Below are positions 11,845-26,511 of a DNA stretch of 46,550 nt, one piece after another. The notes beneath the pieces were generated by a model. It saw nothing but the letters and a program-made list of their open reading frames with translations, ran no database searches and was not told the origin of the DNA. Source of the DNA: Octopus sinensis. Lineage: Eukaryota. The stretch spans positions 1 to 46,550 of the forward strand of contig NW_021834589.1 in NCBI RefSeq assembly GCF_006345805.1. The letters are read 5' to 3'. Made by a program: the position numbers and the translations under genes. Position 1 is the stretch's first letter; every line of letters begins with the position of its first letter.

Positions 11845-12003
11845 TGTTTCCTTCAGTTTCCGTCTACCAAATCCCCTCACAAGGATTTAGTCGGCCCGAG
11901 ACTATAGTAGAGGACACTTGCCCAAGGTGCCACGCAGTGGGACTGAACCCGGAATCATGTGGTTGATAAACAAGCTTCTCACCACACAGCAACGTCCACG
12001 CCC
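11845..12003 (-). mobile_element. SINE family A 5' half
   Basis: ttcagtttccgtctaccaaatcc...cacttgcccaaggtgccacgcagtgggactgaacccgg. Confidence 0.85.
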
Positions 12004-13935
12004 GTACCACATTGGAAAAAAAGTGGGTGGGAACTATATAAGAGCAACGTACGAACTGATTGCACCCCGCCCCCAAAAAAGATCGACAACAACAACAATA
12101 ACAACAACAAAAAAAAAACCATAATTTCTCGGAGTTCCTTTTACGTCACATAATTTTTGATTGCTTTTGTGACATGTGAGCTAAACTAGTTTCTATTGGG
12201 CAAACATTTGTAGATTTATTTTGCTTATTATTTTGATTAAGCAGCTTATTGTGAACTGAGATCTGAGATTCACTGCTTTAAACTAATAGTTAAAAGCCAC
12301 ATAATATCACACACACACACACACACACACACACAAATACACACACACATACACACACAAACACAAATAAATACTTACATATATACATATAAATGTATAT
12401 ATGTGAGTATATGCATACATATATATAGACATATATATACTCACACATTCACATATGTTTGTATATACCTTTGTTAGTTGGTTAAGTTATGGAGCTGGGA
12501 TCATGCTGGTAGATGGCCTTATATATATTCTTTTATATATATATATACGTTATATATTTTGTATATTGGTATTTGTAAATAACAGCGTCGTACGCTATCG
12601 GTTTCCAATGGATGAACCAATCACTTGTACAGTGCATTTACAATGGCTGCAGTAATGCATGCGTACAGATATGCACGTGCGCGCGCGCACACACACACAC
12701 ACACAGACACGTACACGTACATACATACAAACATACAAACTAACATAACTCCCCCCATATATATATATATGTATACTTATAACACACGCGCATATAACCA
12801 TATGACATATAATACAAACACACACGCACACATATATGTATGTATATATATGTCAATGCATAGATATTGTTACACCCATATAAACATACATATGCACATT
12901 GTACGCACCAGTCCAAATACATAGGGTTCATACATGCTATGTCAAATGTGAATACAAAGTTAATGTAACGATGCCGTATAAATTCCATTAAAAGAGCCTT
13001 GTTTCTTAGCGGAGGCTAGCACTGATTCTATTGGTGGGAAATTTCAAGAAGAAAACCAGCCGAACAAACATACGCACATGCATAAATTCTCGTATATGTA
13101 AATATATACACATATATGTGTGTGTATGTAGACAGACGCATGAGTACACATGTGCATTAAGAGTGATCCGATACACACTCTTGTGCACCACAAAGCCATG
13201 AAAATCCATTGCATGACTGCACAGTCACACACCTGTATCTACATATATGCACATGTATGCATACATTAACTCAGATATTCACAATCCAATGGAACTGTCT
13301 TGACTACGCCCCCACCCCTTAAATAAACACAAAACAAAACATTAAAAAACTAAAGCAAAAAGGAAAGAAAACAAAATGAAATCGTCTTGTCATGGTTTTA
13401 GCGACCATTTTGAAATCTGCAATGAGCCTAGATATATTGCTTTGAAAAACGCACAAATATAATTGTATGCATAATACAAATATAAATCGCATAGAGAAAC
13501 ATATATGACTACATGTATAATGCAAATATGAATAAATATATCAATACACATTCAAACAGACAGGGAGACAGACAGACAGACACACACTCATGTATATCAA
13601 TATGTATAGAGACACAGTCACGCACGCTTTCACACGCACGCATAGGCACACACCTTCAAATTTTTAAAGGATGAATGCCTGCACAAAGGATCGTGAAAAG
13701 AACAGGTGGCCACATACACTATAAGCTCTAAAACTGCAGTCTAGTAAAGAAAACACATGCACACATTCACACACGCGCAGTACACATACACACGCCCACC
13801 CACGCGCACGAACATGTATGTGTACACGTGTATATATATGTGTGCGTGTGTGTGTGTGTGTGATGTGTGTGTGTGTGTGTGCGTGTGTGTGCATGTGTGT
13901 GTGTGTGTGTGTGGTGTGTGTGTGTGCGCGTGTAC

Positions 13936-14560
13936 AGGCGCAGGCGTGGCTGTGTGGTAAGAAGTTTGCTTCTTACAAGGCGGCGAGCTGGCAGAAACGT
14001 TAGCACACCGGGCGAAATGCTTAGCGGTATTTCGTCTGCCGTTACGTTCTGAGTTCAAATTCCGCCGAGGTCGACTTTGCCTTTCATCCTTTCGGGGTTG
14101 ATAAATTAAGTACCAGTTACGCACTGGGGTTGATGTAACCGACTTAATCCGTTTGTCTGTCCTTGTTTGTCCCCTCTGTGTTTAGCCCCTTGTGGGTAGT
14201 AAAGAAATAGGTATTTCGTCTGCCGTTACATTCTGAGTTCAAATTCCGCCGAGGTCGACTTTGCCTTTCATCCTTTCGGGGTCGATAAATGAAGTGCCAG
14301 TTACGAACTGGGGTCGATGTAATCGACTTTATCCCTTTCTCTGTCCTTGTTTGTCCCCTCTATGTTTAGCCCCCTGTGGGCAATAAAGAAATAAGAAGTT
14401 TGTTTCCCAACCGCATGGTTCCTGGTTCAGTCCTAATGCGTGGCACCTTGGGCAAGTGTTTTCTACGATAGCCTCGGGTCAACCAAAGCCTTGTGGGTAG
14501 ATTTGTTAGGTGGAAACCGAAAGACATGTGTCTATGCGAGTGTGAGTGCGTGTGTGTGTT
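13936..14560 (+). mobile_element. SINE family A interrupted by a family B dimer
   Basis: Head 13936-13975 resumes at about 14393. The taagaagtt motif is duplicated on both sides of the insert (TSD-like). Confidence 0.8.
13978..14394 (+). mobile_element. SINE family B (Meta-domain-like core), head plus 2 tandem 184-bp bodies
   Basis: ggcggcgagctggcagaaacgttag head; gagttcaaattcc B-box; core ggtcgactttgcctttcatcctttcgggg..gataaa resembles the MetaSINE core as I recall it. Body starts at 14027 and 14211. Confidence 0.85.
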
Positions 14561-14684
14561 AATATTTCGGACTAATGGGTATATGTTTATTAGTGTGGCA
14601 CAGTTTGGGTTTCCTGATGTCATCCGCAGTCGGGGTGTATTACTGTTGGATCAACTGCAGAAACTTCGCAGTGGTAGATGATAT

Positions 14685-14727
<43 letters not shown>

Positions 14728-14729
<2 letters not shown>

Positions 14730-14995
14730 TTCGTTCAACATCCTTAAACAGATCTTATTCAGGGACCTTTTGAGCGGGATGGGTTACTCGACCAGAAGAA
14801 AATTCTAACTGGGCCCCACTTGCAAGGTCATGCGCTGTTTATCTTGATATGAGATCACCATGTCGCACATATATGGTTGTGATGCATGTGCCTAGTGTAC
14901 CCTTATCAGACGGGTAGTCATGATGGGTATACTGGGCTTCGTATATTTTACCCCAGTGTCACTTTGATGGCATGCAGTGCTCTCTTACTCAATAA
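14728..14995. mobile_element. Unclassified interspersed repeat flanked by (AAC)n and (AAT)n
   Basis: Non-coding ~270 bp block bounded by trinucleotide tracts; I recall it as a common Octopus repeat; class unknown. Confidence 0.45.
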
Positions 14996-15012
14996 TAATA
15001 ATAATGATGATG

Positions 15013-15045
<33 letters not shown>

Positions 15046-15519
15046 GTTTCTTAAGTGACCAGAAGATGGATTTGGTATTAATCTTTATTTTATACAATGG
15101 TCTTTTCGATCCACCCTGCTACTGTTCCTTATGGGTGGGACTCCGTTCAACATGTATTGCATCCATTTTGCAGTCTGGGTCTTATTAGGTACATCTATAC
15201 ATAAAGATGTGCTTCGCTAAAGATCCTGAGTTTTGGTTGTCATGTTGTTATATGCCCGTCTGGTTAGGGAATGAAACATCGCTACAGTTTTCATATAGGA
15301 ACATACAAATGCTTCCGATTCTTATAGAAAGATAACCGCAAAAGATTAAAGTTATAGACACATTCATATACATTGATATCAAGATACCTACGTATGTACA
15401 TGCATACGTACGCACTGAATAAAACATGCGCATACACATACATATAGACATATACACATACATAGATACGTACATCCATCCATTCATCTATTGATCCTTT
15501 ATTCTGTAAATACATAAAT

Positions 15520-16053
15520 TCATACTTAAATCCATTCATTCATCCGTCCATCCATCCATCCGTCCGTCCGTCCATCCATCCATCCATCCATCCACCCGCC
15601 CATCCTCCATCCATTAATCCATCTATTCATCCATCCATCCATCCATCCATCCATCCTCCATCCATCCATCCATCCATCCATCCATCCACCCGCCCATCCA
15701 TCCATCCATCCATCCATCCATCCATCCGTCCGTCTGTCCCTCCCTCCCTCCATCCATCCCTCAGTCCATTCATCCATTCATCCACCCATCTATCCATCCA
15801 TCCAGCCATCGATCCGTCCATCCTCCTCCCTCCCTCCCGCCCTCCATCCATCCGTCCGTTCATTCGTCTGTCCATCCTTCCATCCATCCATCCATCCACC
15901 CATCCATCCATTCATCCATCCATCCGTTCATTCGTCCGTCCATCCATCCATCCATTCATCCATCCATCCATCTATCCATCCCTCAGTCCATCCATTCATC
16001 CATTCATCCAGCCATCCAGCAACGCACACACAGACACACACACACAGACACAG

Positions 16054-16096
<43 letters not shown>

Positions 16097-16104
16097 CACA
16101 CACG

Positions 16105-16175
<71 letters not shown>
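15520..16175. repeat. (TCCA)n array (~500 bp) followed by (CA)n
   Basis: Direct reading. Confidence 0.93.
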
Positions 16176-16177
<2 letters not shown>

Positions 16178-16586
16178 AAAAACAAAGATCTTCCTGGTCG
16201 AAAGACTTCTTTTTGAATAATGTAGTAAACGGAAGAGACCAGACACAAGGTTCTGGGACAGAAAATAAAAGAATGCAAAGAATAACAGAAATCAGTTGCC
16301 TAGCAGACGTTAATAGAATGGTTAAGATAAAAGGTAGCCGAAACTATTTTTGGCAAGCTGATGAGAAAGCAGCAGACTTATAGCCGTGATTACAGAGGCT
16401 CTTGGTTACGTAACTAACTGCCTCGGGAACTATTTTGTGATGTCAGGCTTCGCAAAATCCAGATAAGAGACGACTAATTAGAAAATTCCAATTATAAGCC
16501 TTTAATGGAATTGTAAAATTGTGTAAAAGTTTCCTGAATTTTTATCCTGTAATATCTGTACGTCTGCATTTATAGACGATACGTAG

Positions 16587-16620
<34 letters not shown>

Positions 16621-16638
16621 GTATATATGTATATATTT

Positions 16639-16690
<52 letters not shown>

Positions 16691-16708
16691 TAAATGCATA
16701 CATACACA

Positions 16709-16748
<40 letters not shown>

Positions 16749-17159
16749 CACATGCCTGTAGGCACACATGTACACATACCCACATACATATGCATATGCA
16801 CACAAACACTCATACACACACATATACACGGACACACGTACGGTTATGTCCACACGCATACATATGCACGCATATATATATATATATATATATATGCATA
16901 TAGACACAGACATGCAGGCACACACACACGCATACAGATGCATGCACGCTTGCACACACACACACACACACTCACACTCATATACATGCATAAAGATAAA
17001 TCGCAGTATAAATGCATGCTTTGACATACAGACATGCAACCATACACGTGCACTCATGAATATTCATAAGAAACACACTTCATACGCATATATAGACATA
17101 CATCCATATTTCTACACACACACACGCATGCGCATATGTGTGTAAGCGCTTGAACTCTT

Positions 17160-17347
17160 TCACTATTTTACTTGTTTCAGTCATTTGACTGTGACCATGC
17201 TGGAGCACCGCCTTTAGCCGAACAAATCGACCTTTGTAAACATAGTACTTATTCTATCGGTCTCTTTTGCGGAACCGCTAAGTTACGGGGACGTAAACAC
17301 ACCAGCATCGGTTTTCAAACGATGTTGGTGGGACAAACACAGACACA

Positions 17348-17427
<80 letters not shown>

Positions 17428-17430
17428 CTA
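17160..17430 (-). mobile_element. SINE family A 3' half ending in its internal (CA)/(TA) tract
   Basis: cttgtttcagtcatttgactgtgaccatgctggagcaccgcctttag...gacaaacacagacacac. Confidence 0.85.
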
Positions 17431-17598
17431 TACATATATGTCCACATACATTCACATAGACGCCCACACGTGTATATATGTACACATGCACGCAGACATA
17501 CATTTAAACATACACACATCCATGGTAAGTTCCGTAATTAAAACACACATTGGCCCTTTTCTCTTACCCACACAATTTTACACATTTTTAATCACGTA

Positions 17599-18333
17599 CA
17601 GGGTGCTATCAAAAAGTTCCCGGACTAATTATGTTTCATAAATACACCGGTTCCAGTGTTCCTGCCACTTTTGTAATCCAGCATCGATGTCGTTTTCCGT
17701 AAGCGAATCGGATCTCGACAACGGGGTTGAAATGGCGACCTTGAGCTGCTTTTTATTTTTGGGGAATAGGGTGGGTGCGGAAGCGATACCTTGTTGTTTT
17801 TGGCGAGAAATTTATGAGTGAGGAGAGGTCGGTGGTGAATCCATCTCTTTGCGTTTCACACATCCTGTCGCTTTCGCCGAATATCTTCCCTCGATCGTTT
17901 CAAAACGATGGAAGGTCTGGCCCTGGGGGATGAATTCTCAATGCACAGTACCACATTTCCGCAGGTGACACTCGTGGTAGGTTTTTCCAGAACGCTCATC
18001 GTTCTTCCGCCTTGGAAGCACCATACCACTCAATACATATGACTCATTGCCTCGTCGTCGTAAACTTGGCGAAGCATGCTCAATGTCTTTGTAGCAGACT
18101 TCAAAAATTTAACGCAAAATTTCACGTTGGCACTTTCTTCCAACTACCCGTCATGACAAAATTGCTGACTGCAGCATAGACGTGATCACAAAAAACACAG
18201 ATTTCACACAAGAACGTCACTCGGCACACTGCTTCATGAAGGTCACTGCTAGCTCACACTACGTACGCAGCCGTGTGCTACCATCTGTTGGCGCGCCACA
18301 GAACTAGTCCGGTAAACTTTTGATACCACCTCT
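17599..18333 (-). mobile_element. Internally deleted mariner element with both TIRs
   Basis: ta|cagggtgctatcaaaaagttcccggact versus agtccggtaaacttttgataccacctct|ta. Minus-strand remnants MLRQVYDDEAMS, KFLAKNNKVSLPHPPYSP and LQKWQEHWNRCI. Confidence 0.85.
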
Positions 18334-18583
18334 TATAACTTCTGCTTCAATTTTTAACCGCAAACACAGTCATACTTAAGCCCCTATGCACTTAGATTAT
18401 ACACTTAAATATATTCATTAACGCAGACATTCTCTCTATGCTTGCATATACGCAGATGAAACGTCATACATACGCTTCATAATGCTTATTCTCACGTGCA
18501 TATAAACATACATAACAGTTTCATTAGTATACGTACATTATATACAGAAATTTAGAAAGGTTTATCAAATACACGTAAAGGTG

Positions 18584-18619
<36 letters not shown>

Positions 18620-18729
18620 ATCTATCTATCTATCTATCTCTATCTATCTATCTATCTATCTATTAATCTATCTATCTCTATCTTAATTATCTAACTATCT
18701 AGCTCTCTCTCCCTCTCTCTCTCTATTTC

Positions 18730-20226
18730 ACACAGTCCCTATTGTTTTCACTTTCATTTTCCAGATGCTGTTTTTACTTTAAGTTCAATCGCCATGTTTT
18801 CACTGTAAGTTTTCAATCGCTATCTACAAACAACAACGACAAATTACAGGCAAAGAAGTTCACAATTACTGATGAAAGTAAGTTCATACATAATTTATCG
18901 ACAGAAGTAACTTCACACATTTCATTTCAATCCGTACACTTCGTTAAATTTGCCTACAAATTTCTTATTTACTTTTGCAACACTTTGTGTTTTTTGTTGT
19001 GGACGGAATTACTGATAAAAGTAAATTCATAATTTACTGACAGAAGTAACTTCAAAAATTTTAATTAAATCCGTACACTTAGTTAATTACCCTAATAATT
19101 TCTTATTTACTTTTGCAACGATTTTGTGTTTTTCTGTTGTCAACGATTTCTTTCTGGTTCCTTCGATACTGGTTCTTTGCTTCAATAAGTGACAAATTTC
19201 GCTTCAGCCCGTACAATTCTTTATTTTCCGTAAAAATTTCTTATTTACTTTCAGCCCGTCGTATTAAGAAATACAATTTCCATTAGCCAGTTATTTTCAT
19301 TGCTTGCTATCTTCTGCAACTGAGTATTTCTGTATAAGTAGATAACCATGCCTAGAAGGAAAGTGTCAAATTTATCTACAATGTCAAGGTCAGCCAAAAG
19401 AACGTCTCTGTCAAGGGAAATGGAAAGAGAGACAAGTGCAGAAAGGAATGCATACCAAGAAACGAGCAGACTGTGCACTACAAAAACCAGAACATCTCAA
19501 AGTAATGAACAGAGGTATGCATGGCTGACAAAGAATAGGATCTCCATTGCAGAACGAAGAGCAGTTGCAACAGCTCAGAGAAGCAACTTCTATGAAGCAG
19601 CTTTCAATTATGATCCAGTTCATTATGCAGATGACACTAGAGTTTCCATTGGTGCAATGACAACTGAGTGCATACCTTGTAACGCAAAGAAGTGGCCTGG
19701 AGAGACATATGCACTGTGCTGCAGTGGTGGAAAGGTTAAACTCCCTGGAGTCCCCCAACCTCCGGAGCCATTGAAGAAACTGTTGTCATCAACTGACCAG
19801 GATTCCAAGTACTTCCAAAACAAAATTAGGCACTACAGATGACATCATTTGGAGCCACAAGAATCAGGATTCATGTAAACTCTCAAGATCCGTGGGAAGA
19901 TTTATCATCGGCTTGGCTCTCTGCTACCGCTGTCAAATGAATCACCAAAATCAGCCTTTCATTGTTTATAATCTGTACCTATTAAGGGTTATGAAATAAG
20001 CTACACAAAACGTGGTTTTGAATTACGTGTATTTACTTTATATACGTATATGAATTGAAAACTTTCTTTTAACATTTCCCTTAACGTTTATGTTCTATTT
20101 TGGAGAGTTATTAGTGTAGAAAGTTGGTATCTCAGCTACTAGCAGTTGAGACCTGCGTGACCTAGACGGCGTTTTTAAATTCCATTATTCTCTTTAACTT
20201 GGGCAACGCCGGGTATATTTGGTAGT
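18730..20226 (+). mobile_element. Internally deleted Helitron: 5' region, start of RepHel ORF, then 3' terminus
   Basis: ORF 19348-19842 continues out of frame as MTSFGA...GKIYHRLGSLLP. Terminal gggcaacgccgggtatatttggtag|t resembles a Helitron 3' end. ~140-bp internal duplication at 18890-19140. The 5' boundary is uncertain. Confidence 0.75.
19348..19842 (+). pseudogene. Helitron RepHel N-terminal fragment (164 aa, Cys-rich Zn-binding region)
   Basis: AAFNYDP...IGAMTTECIPCNAKKWPGETYALCCSGGKVKLP...PPEPLKKLL...SKYFQNKIRHY matches the typical Helitron N-terminal pattern. Rep and helicase domains are absent from this ORF. Confidence 0.85.
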
Positions 20227-20274
20227 ATATATATATATATTATATATATATATATATAATATATATATATATAT

Positions 20275-20350
<76 letters not shown>

Positions 20351-20459
20351 TGTATGTATGTATAACCTACGGGTTTCCCCACATTTCCGTCTACCAAATG
20401 CATTCACAAGGCATTGGTCTATCTGGTGATATAATAGAAGACACTTGTCCTAGGTCCCT

Positions 20460-22536
20460 GTCAGGATTCTTCCCGAACTGATTATGGAACGCAACGGCTT
20501 TGAATTTAAGAAAGCATTCAATCTTTTTCTTACTCTATTCCTAGGAAAGATAGACCTTGTGAACTGAATATTATTAGAGGAGATACGAAATACGATACAG
20601 AAGAACGGAAACAGATAATGGAATCCAATATTCCCGTTCTGAATCCAGAGCAACAAGCTGTCTACGAATATATTATTACATCAGTCTTTGAAGCTCGTGG
20701 ACAACTAATCAGATTCGATATTCATTTATATTCAATAATACTTGTCAGAGTATGAGACAAAAATAAAACCATTCTTGCGACAGCAACACTAGGAATTACT
20801 GCCACTTTTCTGTCTAATGGCCGCACTCCAACCGCTCACGTTAAAGTTTCTTTAAAAATAACAGGCCACTAAAACTGCATTATATCCACCAAGTAGTGTA
20901 ACTAGCCAGCTATTCAGCTAAATACTTTTGATCCTCATCGATAAATTGACGATGGCAACAGGGAGATATCTGAATCAGTGGGTCGTACACTCTGTGATAT
21001 TCGTGAAGTTCACAGGCCTAAATTCTAATGGTGTTTTCTGGAAAGTGACACCAAATTTCCCTATCTGTATCTCATAAGGGTTCTATAAAAGTAATTGGTG
21101 ATTATTTCAAGCACCTATCCTTTAGAAAAGAAAACTTTCACATTAAGACGTCGGGTGAATGGGTATATTAGCTGTTTATACAATACAGTATTATAGAACC
21201 ATTTCAGTCAATTTTACCAATCGGTTTCATACAAGAAAATTTGGTAAAAACCAGTCTTGGCACTCATCAGAGGGGCTGATGCAGATAGTATGGCACTTGT
21301 TCTTTGCCATTGCAAGTCAGAAAGTACTGCATCCGTGTCTTAAAAATCCCAGAACGAACCGCGGGAGAAAACACACAGAGGAAACTTGTTTGTTAGAGTT
21401 ATGTTGACTTGGATAGGGACCAGAAAATGTCACCACAAAGTATGAATAAAATGCCTGTAGAGTGGGGGGGTTAGGGGTTGATTGAGAGCGGGATGGGGGA
21501 TGATGAGCGTGTGTGTGGGTATGTATGTATGTGTATGTGTGTGTGTTTGTGTGGAGAAAACTGCTGAGAATTGGTGAAAGGAAACGATGCATCAGCAAGG
21601 TCAATTGAGGGTACAAAAAATTCCAGGTAAATCTTGTGTTTCCGGATAAATTCTAAAGAGCTTTCGCAACTTTATTTTTACAGACCTTTCGGAACACTGT
21701 AAAAATTTATGGATTCGCAGTGCGAGCCTGCAAATTCTTTGTTCAATGGTATCGTTACTGAAGTTAACGACTTCTATGATAGATTGTTTTCCAGGCCAAA
21801 TTAATGAATATTTAAACAGCGACACAATCCTTAATAGTGATGAAGCACATGTTTACCCAACTGAATTTTTAAACACAATTTATTTGAGTGGGATGGCTTA
21901 ATACGGAACGATTCTTCAAAGACGGTGCACCCTTTGCATGTCTTCGAATTTTTGATGTAGTTAATGGTCTATTAAGAGCCTCAACAACACAGCTATTTGC
22001 GCTATTAACGATTCTGACGTTCATAAAGAGAAAGAATTATTTATCGCAAGAATACAATATGTTCCCAAGTGACCATGTGCTACCATTCCAAATGCAAGCA
22101 CGTCAATTTCCTGTAAAACTATGCTTTGGTCTTACAAATTCACATTCACAAACATCAATGACAAGCGCTTTCGCAGCTCGACATACACCTATAGAACTAT
22201 AAAGGTTTCACTTATGGATAGCTTTATGTCAGAGTAGGAAAATCAAGTGGTTTTTGCGTTATGAGAAAAATGAAAAATGAAAATAGATTTTTTTTTTGTT
22301 GCTGAGAATATTGCGTACACCGAAAACCTGTAGAGGTTTATGTTACGTTAATATAAATCTATTATCAATGTATTTTTCAGATAAATAAAGATCACAATAA
22401 AACGTTTCATGTTTGTTTGACCATAGGGCTGATGTGTACCGTTAATGCAATTGAAGTCATATGAATATTCACTGATGGCGTGAAGGCGTGAAGTAAAACT
22501 TTCTGTCGCATTTAATTTCCTCTATCCGTAGGGCGG
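20460..22536 (+). mobile_element. Heavily decayed Helitron PIF1-like helicase region and 3' flank
   Basis: Fragments YDTEERKQIMESNIPVLNPEQQAVYEYII, ATATLGITATFLSNGRT, LLRIGE, DCFPGQINEYL...VYPTEFLNTI, PFQMQARQFPVKLCFGLT, FTYG*LYV and NIAYTENL*. Interrupted by simple repeat at about 21460-21560. Confidence 0.85.
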
Positions 22537-22537
22537 G

Positions 22538-22539
<2 letters not shown>

Positions 22540-22602
<63 letters not shown>

Positions 22603-22684
22603 CATATATATATATATACATTTATATACATATATACATTTATACATATATATATATATATATACATTTATACATACATACATA

Positions 22685-22759
<75 letters not shown>

Positions 22760-22768
22760 GTATGTATG

Positions 22769-22858
<90 letters not shown>

Positions 22859-22870
22859 CATATACATACA
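22540..22870. repeat. (TA)n-dominated microsatellite
   Basis: Direct reading. Confidence 0.93.
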
Positions 22871-22959
22871 AACTTACATACATTGTCGCCATTTTGTACT
22901 CTTAATTTCGCGCAGGGCGCATTGTTTGTTTTTGATTTTGTCGACTACACAGTATAGTA

Positions 22960-23650
22960 GGGTCAGTTGGGCACTGTTGGTGAGACCCAGGCCATGATTG
23001 ACAACGATCCTTCCTAGTCCATCAGGCCAATCGCCAGGGACATGGGAGTACCCGAGTTTCTTATCAGGCATGAAGACATTCGGTATTTCTCATACAAGAT
23101 GAGCAAGGGCCAATTTTTATCCCAAGCCATTAAGAGGAAAGATCGCGCTACGGAGCTTTTGAACAAACTCAAGCATCCCCTCCAATAAAACATACTTTGG
23201 TTTTTCTCAGACGAGAAAAATTTCTGCCAGGATCAGATTGTCAACACATAAAACAACCGTTGGCTTGACGTGTCCTCAAAAATGTACCGAGAGTAATAAA
23301 AATCAAACATCATGGTGTTTGGAGTGATCTCTAGTGATGGCGACGTTATACTTCATTCATCTTCCCGCACGACCTCAGACTCAACATGGATGCCCACATC
23401 AAGTACCTGGAACAGATAGTACTGCCCTGGGTCCAGAGGATGGCTGCTGGAAGAACCCATGTCTGGCAACAGGTTTCTGCACCATGCCACACAAGCAGGA
23501 AAACCCAGTCATGGCTGTCAGACAATTTCTGCGACCACATCACCCCTAACATCAAGCCACCTAACTCCTCAAACTGCAACCCTCTTGATTATTAATGTGT
23601 GGAGCGCAGTTGATTGAGACACCAACAAAACTCCTTGTAATACCAAAGAT
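22960..23650 (+). mobile_element. Decayed DD37D (maT-type) transposase, a second family
   Basis: IDNDPS..., WFFSDEKNFCQDQ, MVFGVISSDGDV, QQVSAPCHTSRKTQSWLSDNFCDHITPNIKPPNSSNCNPLDY. The second Asp is mutated to Val with 37-residue spacing; no TIR seen. Confidence 0.88.
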
Positions 23651-23661
23651 GTGTGCGAGTG

Positions 23662-23714
<53 letters not shown>

Positions 23715-23959
23715 TACATGCGTACATACAAACATACATATATATATGAGTGTGTGTGTATGTATGTGTGTGTGTGTGTGTATTCATTTATTGGTTGGCA
23801 TCTGAACCGATATCAGAGTCTGGATTCGTTTTCTTTAATCAGTCATCTGCTTTCATTTTTATGGTAGCTCACTCATTATAAATATTTTTTTGATCTACGT
23901 GTCCACCATTCAGTTTATGCATCTCTATATCTATGCACTCAATACATGTATACGTCTAA

Positions 23960-24215
23960 CGGCCATTGACTGACGAGACGATATTTCGAGGTGTTGCAAA
24001 TGCAGGGGACTATTGTGGAATGTTTCCCATTCACATTCAAGAGTCTTCCATAGCAGTCACTTCCGTACGAGTATCATGGCCCGAGTTGTAAGTCTAGGGT
24101 TGAACGAGGTGTGAGACAAGGTTGTCTGATGCTTTCAATACTGTTTCATATTTTCTATGCATGTGTGACCACGCTGTTACATCGGAGGATGGATCCACTG
24201 CCAGACATCATTAAA
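23960..24215 (+). mobile_element. RTE-like LINE reverse-transcriptase fragment
   Basis: GLLWNV...GVRQGCLMLSILFHIF at 24108 onward matches the RT motif GVRQGC.LSP.LF. Confidence 0.6.
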
Positions 24216-24247
24216 ATCTTTCGATTCCATGAAAATATTTCAACAGA

Positions 24248-24785
<538 letters not shown>

Positions 24786-24867
24786 TACACACACACACAA
24801 ACTCACACTCGTATATGGTTGTGTGGGTGTATGTATTTATATATATATATAAATATGTAAATGTATC

Positions 24868-25305
24868 TTTTACTTGGACTGCGGCCATACTGGGGCATTG
24901 CCTTGAAGTATTTTAATTGAAACAGAACAACATTAGTACCTATTTTTAAAATCTGGTACTTCTCCATTGGTTTTCTTTTGTCGAAGCGTTAGGTTATTGG
25001 GACATAAATAGACCATTACCAATCGCCAAGCGTTGCGTGCGCGTGCATGTGTATGTGCGTGTATGTGTGACAAACACAGAGACAAAAACACACACACACA
25101 CACACACTCTCTCTCACACACGCACATACACACGTACAGGGATTCCACACAGTTTCCGTCTACCAAATTTACTCACAAGGTATTGGCCAACCCGGGGGCC
25201 ATAGTGGTAGACACTTGCACAAAAAGTGACGTGTAGAGGGATTGAACCCAAGACCACGCGGTTACAAAGCGTGATTCTTAACTACACAACCAGGGCTGCA
25301 CGCAT
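24868..25305 (-). mobile_element. SINE family A-related copy, diverged
   Basis: Tail ggactgcggccatactggggcattgcc; head part cagtttccgtctaccaaatt...gacacttgc. Confidence 0.7.
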
Positions 25306-25505
25306 ATATATTCTCTCTCTCTCACACACACACACATTATACAAACACTCACGCACATGCATAAATATATATTATCTGCACATTGGCACATGTTAAACTA
25401 CCAGAGCCGTTTTCTGTGTCGGTGTGTTCGAATCACTTACTGTCAATCATACAATGTCTTGGAATATCTTAAGATTCTCTCTTAACGTGTGTGTCTGATT
25501 AAAGT

Positions 25506-25994
<489 letters not shown>

Positions 25995-26511
25995 TAATTC
26001 TCTAGCCAATACTGTCTGTCGTCTGAATAGCTGTTACTGATTGAATTCATGTATTTTTCATGCCTGTCTCCCTACTTGCGAGCTCGTCTGACTGTCTGTC
26101 CGTTTGTCGTCTGCTCTTCTGCATTTTTCTATCTCCTTGAATATTTTCCCAACCACTTTATTTTCTCTTTACCTACCGTACTACACACGCACACACACAC
26201 AGATACACACATATGTACACACATACAGATATGCACTCAAGCACACATACACGATGTTTGCTGACAGAATGCATATACAATAAAAAAGAAAGACTCCACA
26301 GGAACACACAACAGCATCACTCGATTTTGGACGTTTTAGAAATGGCAGCTAAATCTTTCTCTCAAAGCACAGCCTCAGTGTCTTAGGAAACGAATGACAT
26401 TTTAGATATGGTCCAAGATAATCTATGTCTGAATCACGGGAATAAGTATGAGATTTTCTGGAATATTTATATGTACGTATGTAATTATGCATGTATGCCT
26501 GTATGCACGCC

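Noticed and set aside
16399-16425. ctgatgagaaag as a hammerhead core
   Set aside because: There is no stem II hairpin or compatible flanking helices.
21215-21275. Minus-strand CTGATGA...GAAA as a third hammerhead
   Set aside because: Stem II is weak (G-U rich) and there is no convincing stem I/III; it lies inside Helitron coding sequence.
21888-22202. 104-aa ORF as a host PIF1 helicase gene
   Set aside because: It is a frameshift mosaic within a decayed Helitron helicase with many stops.
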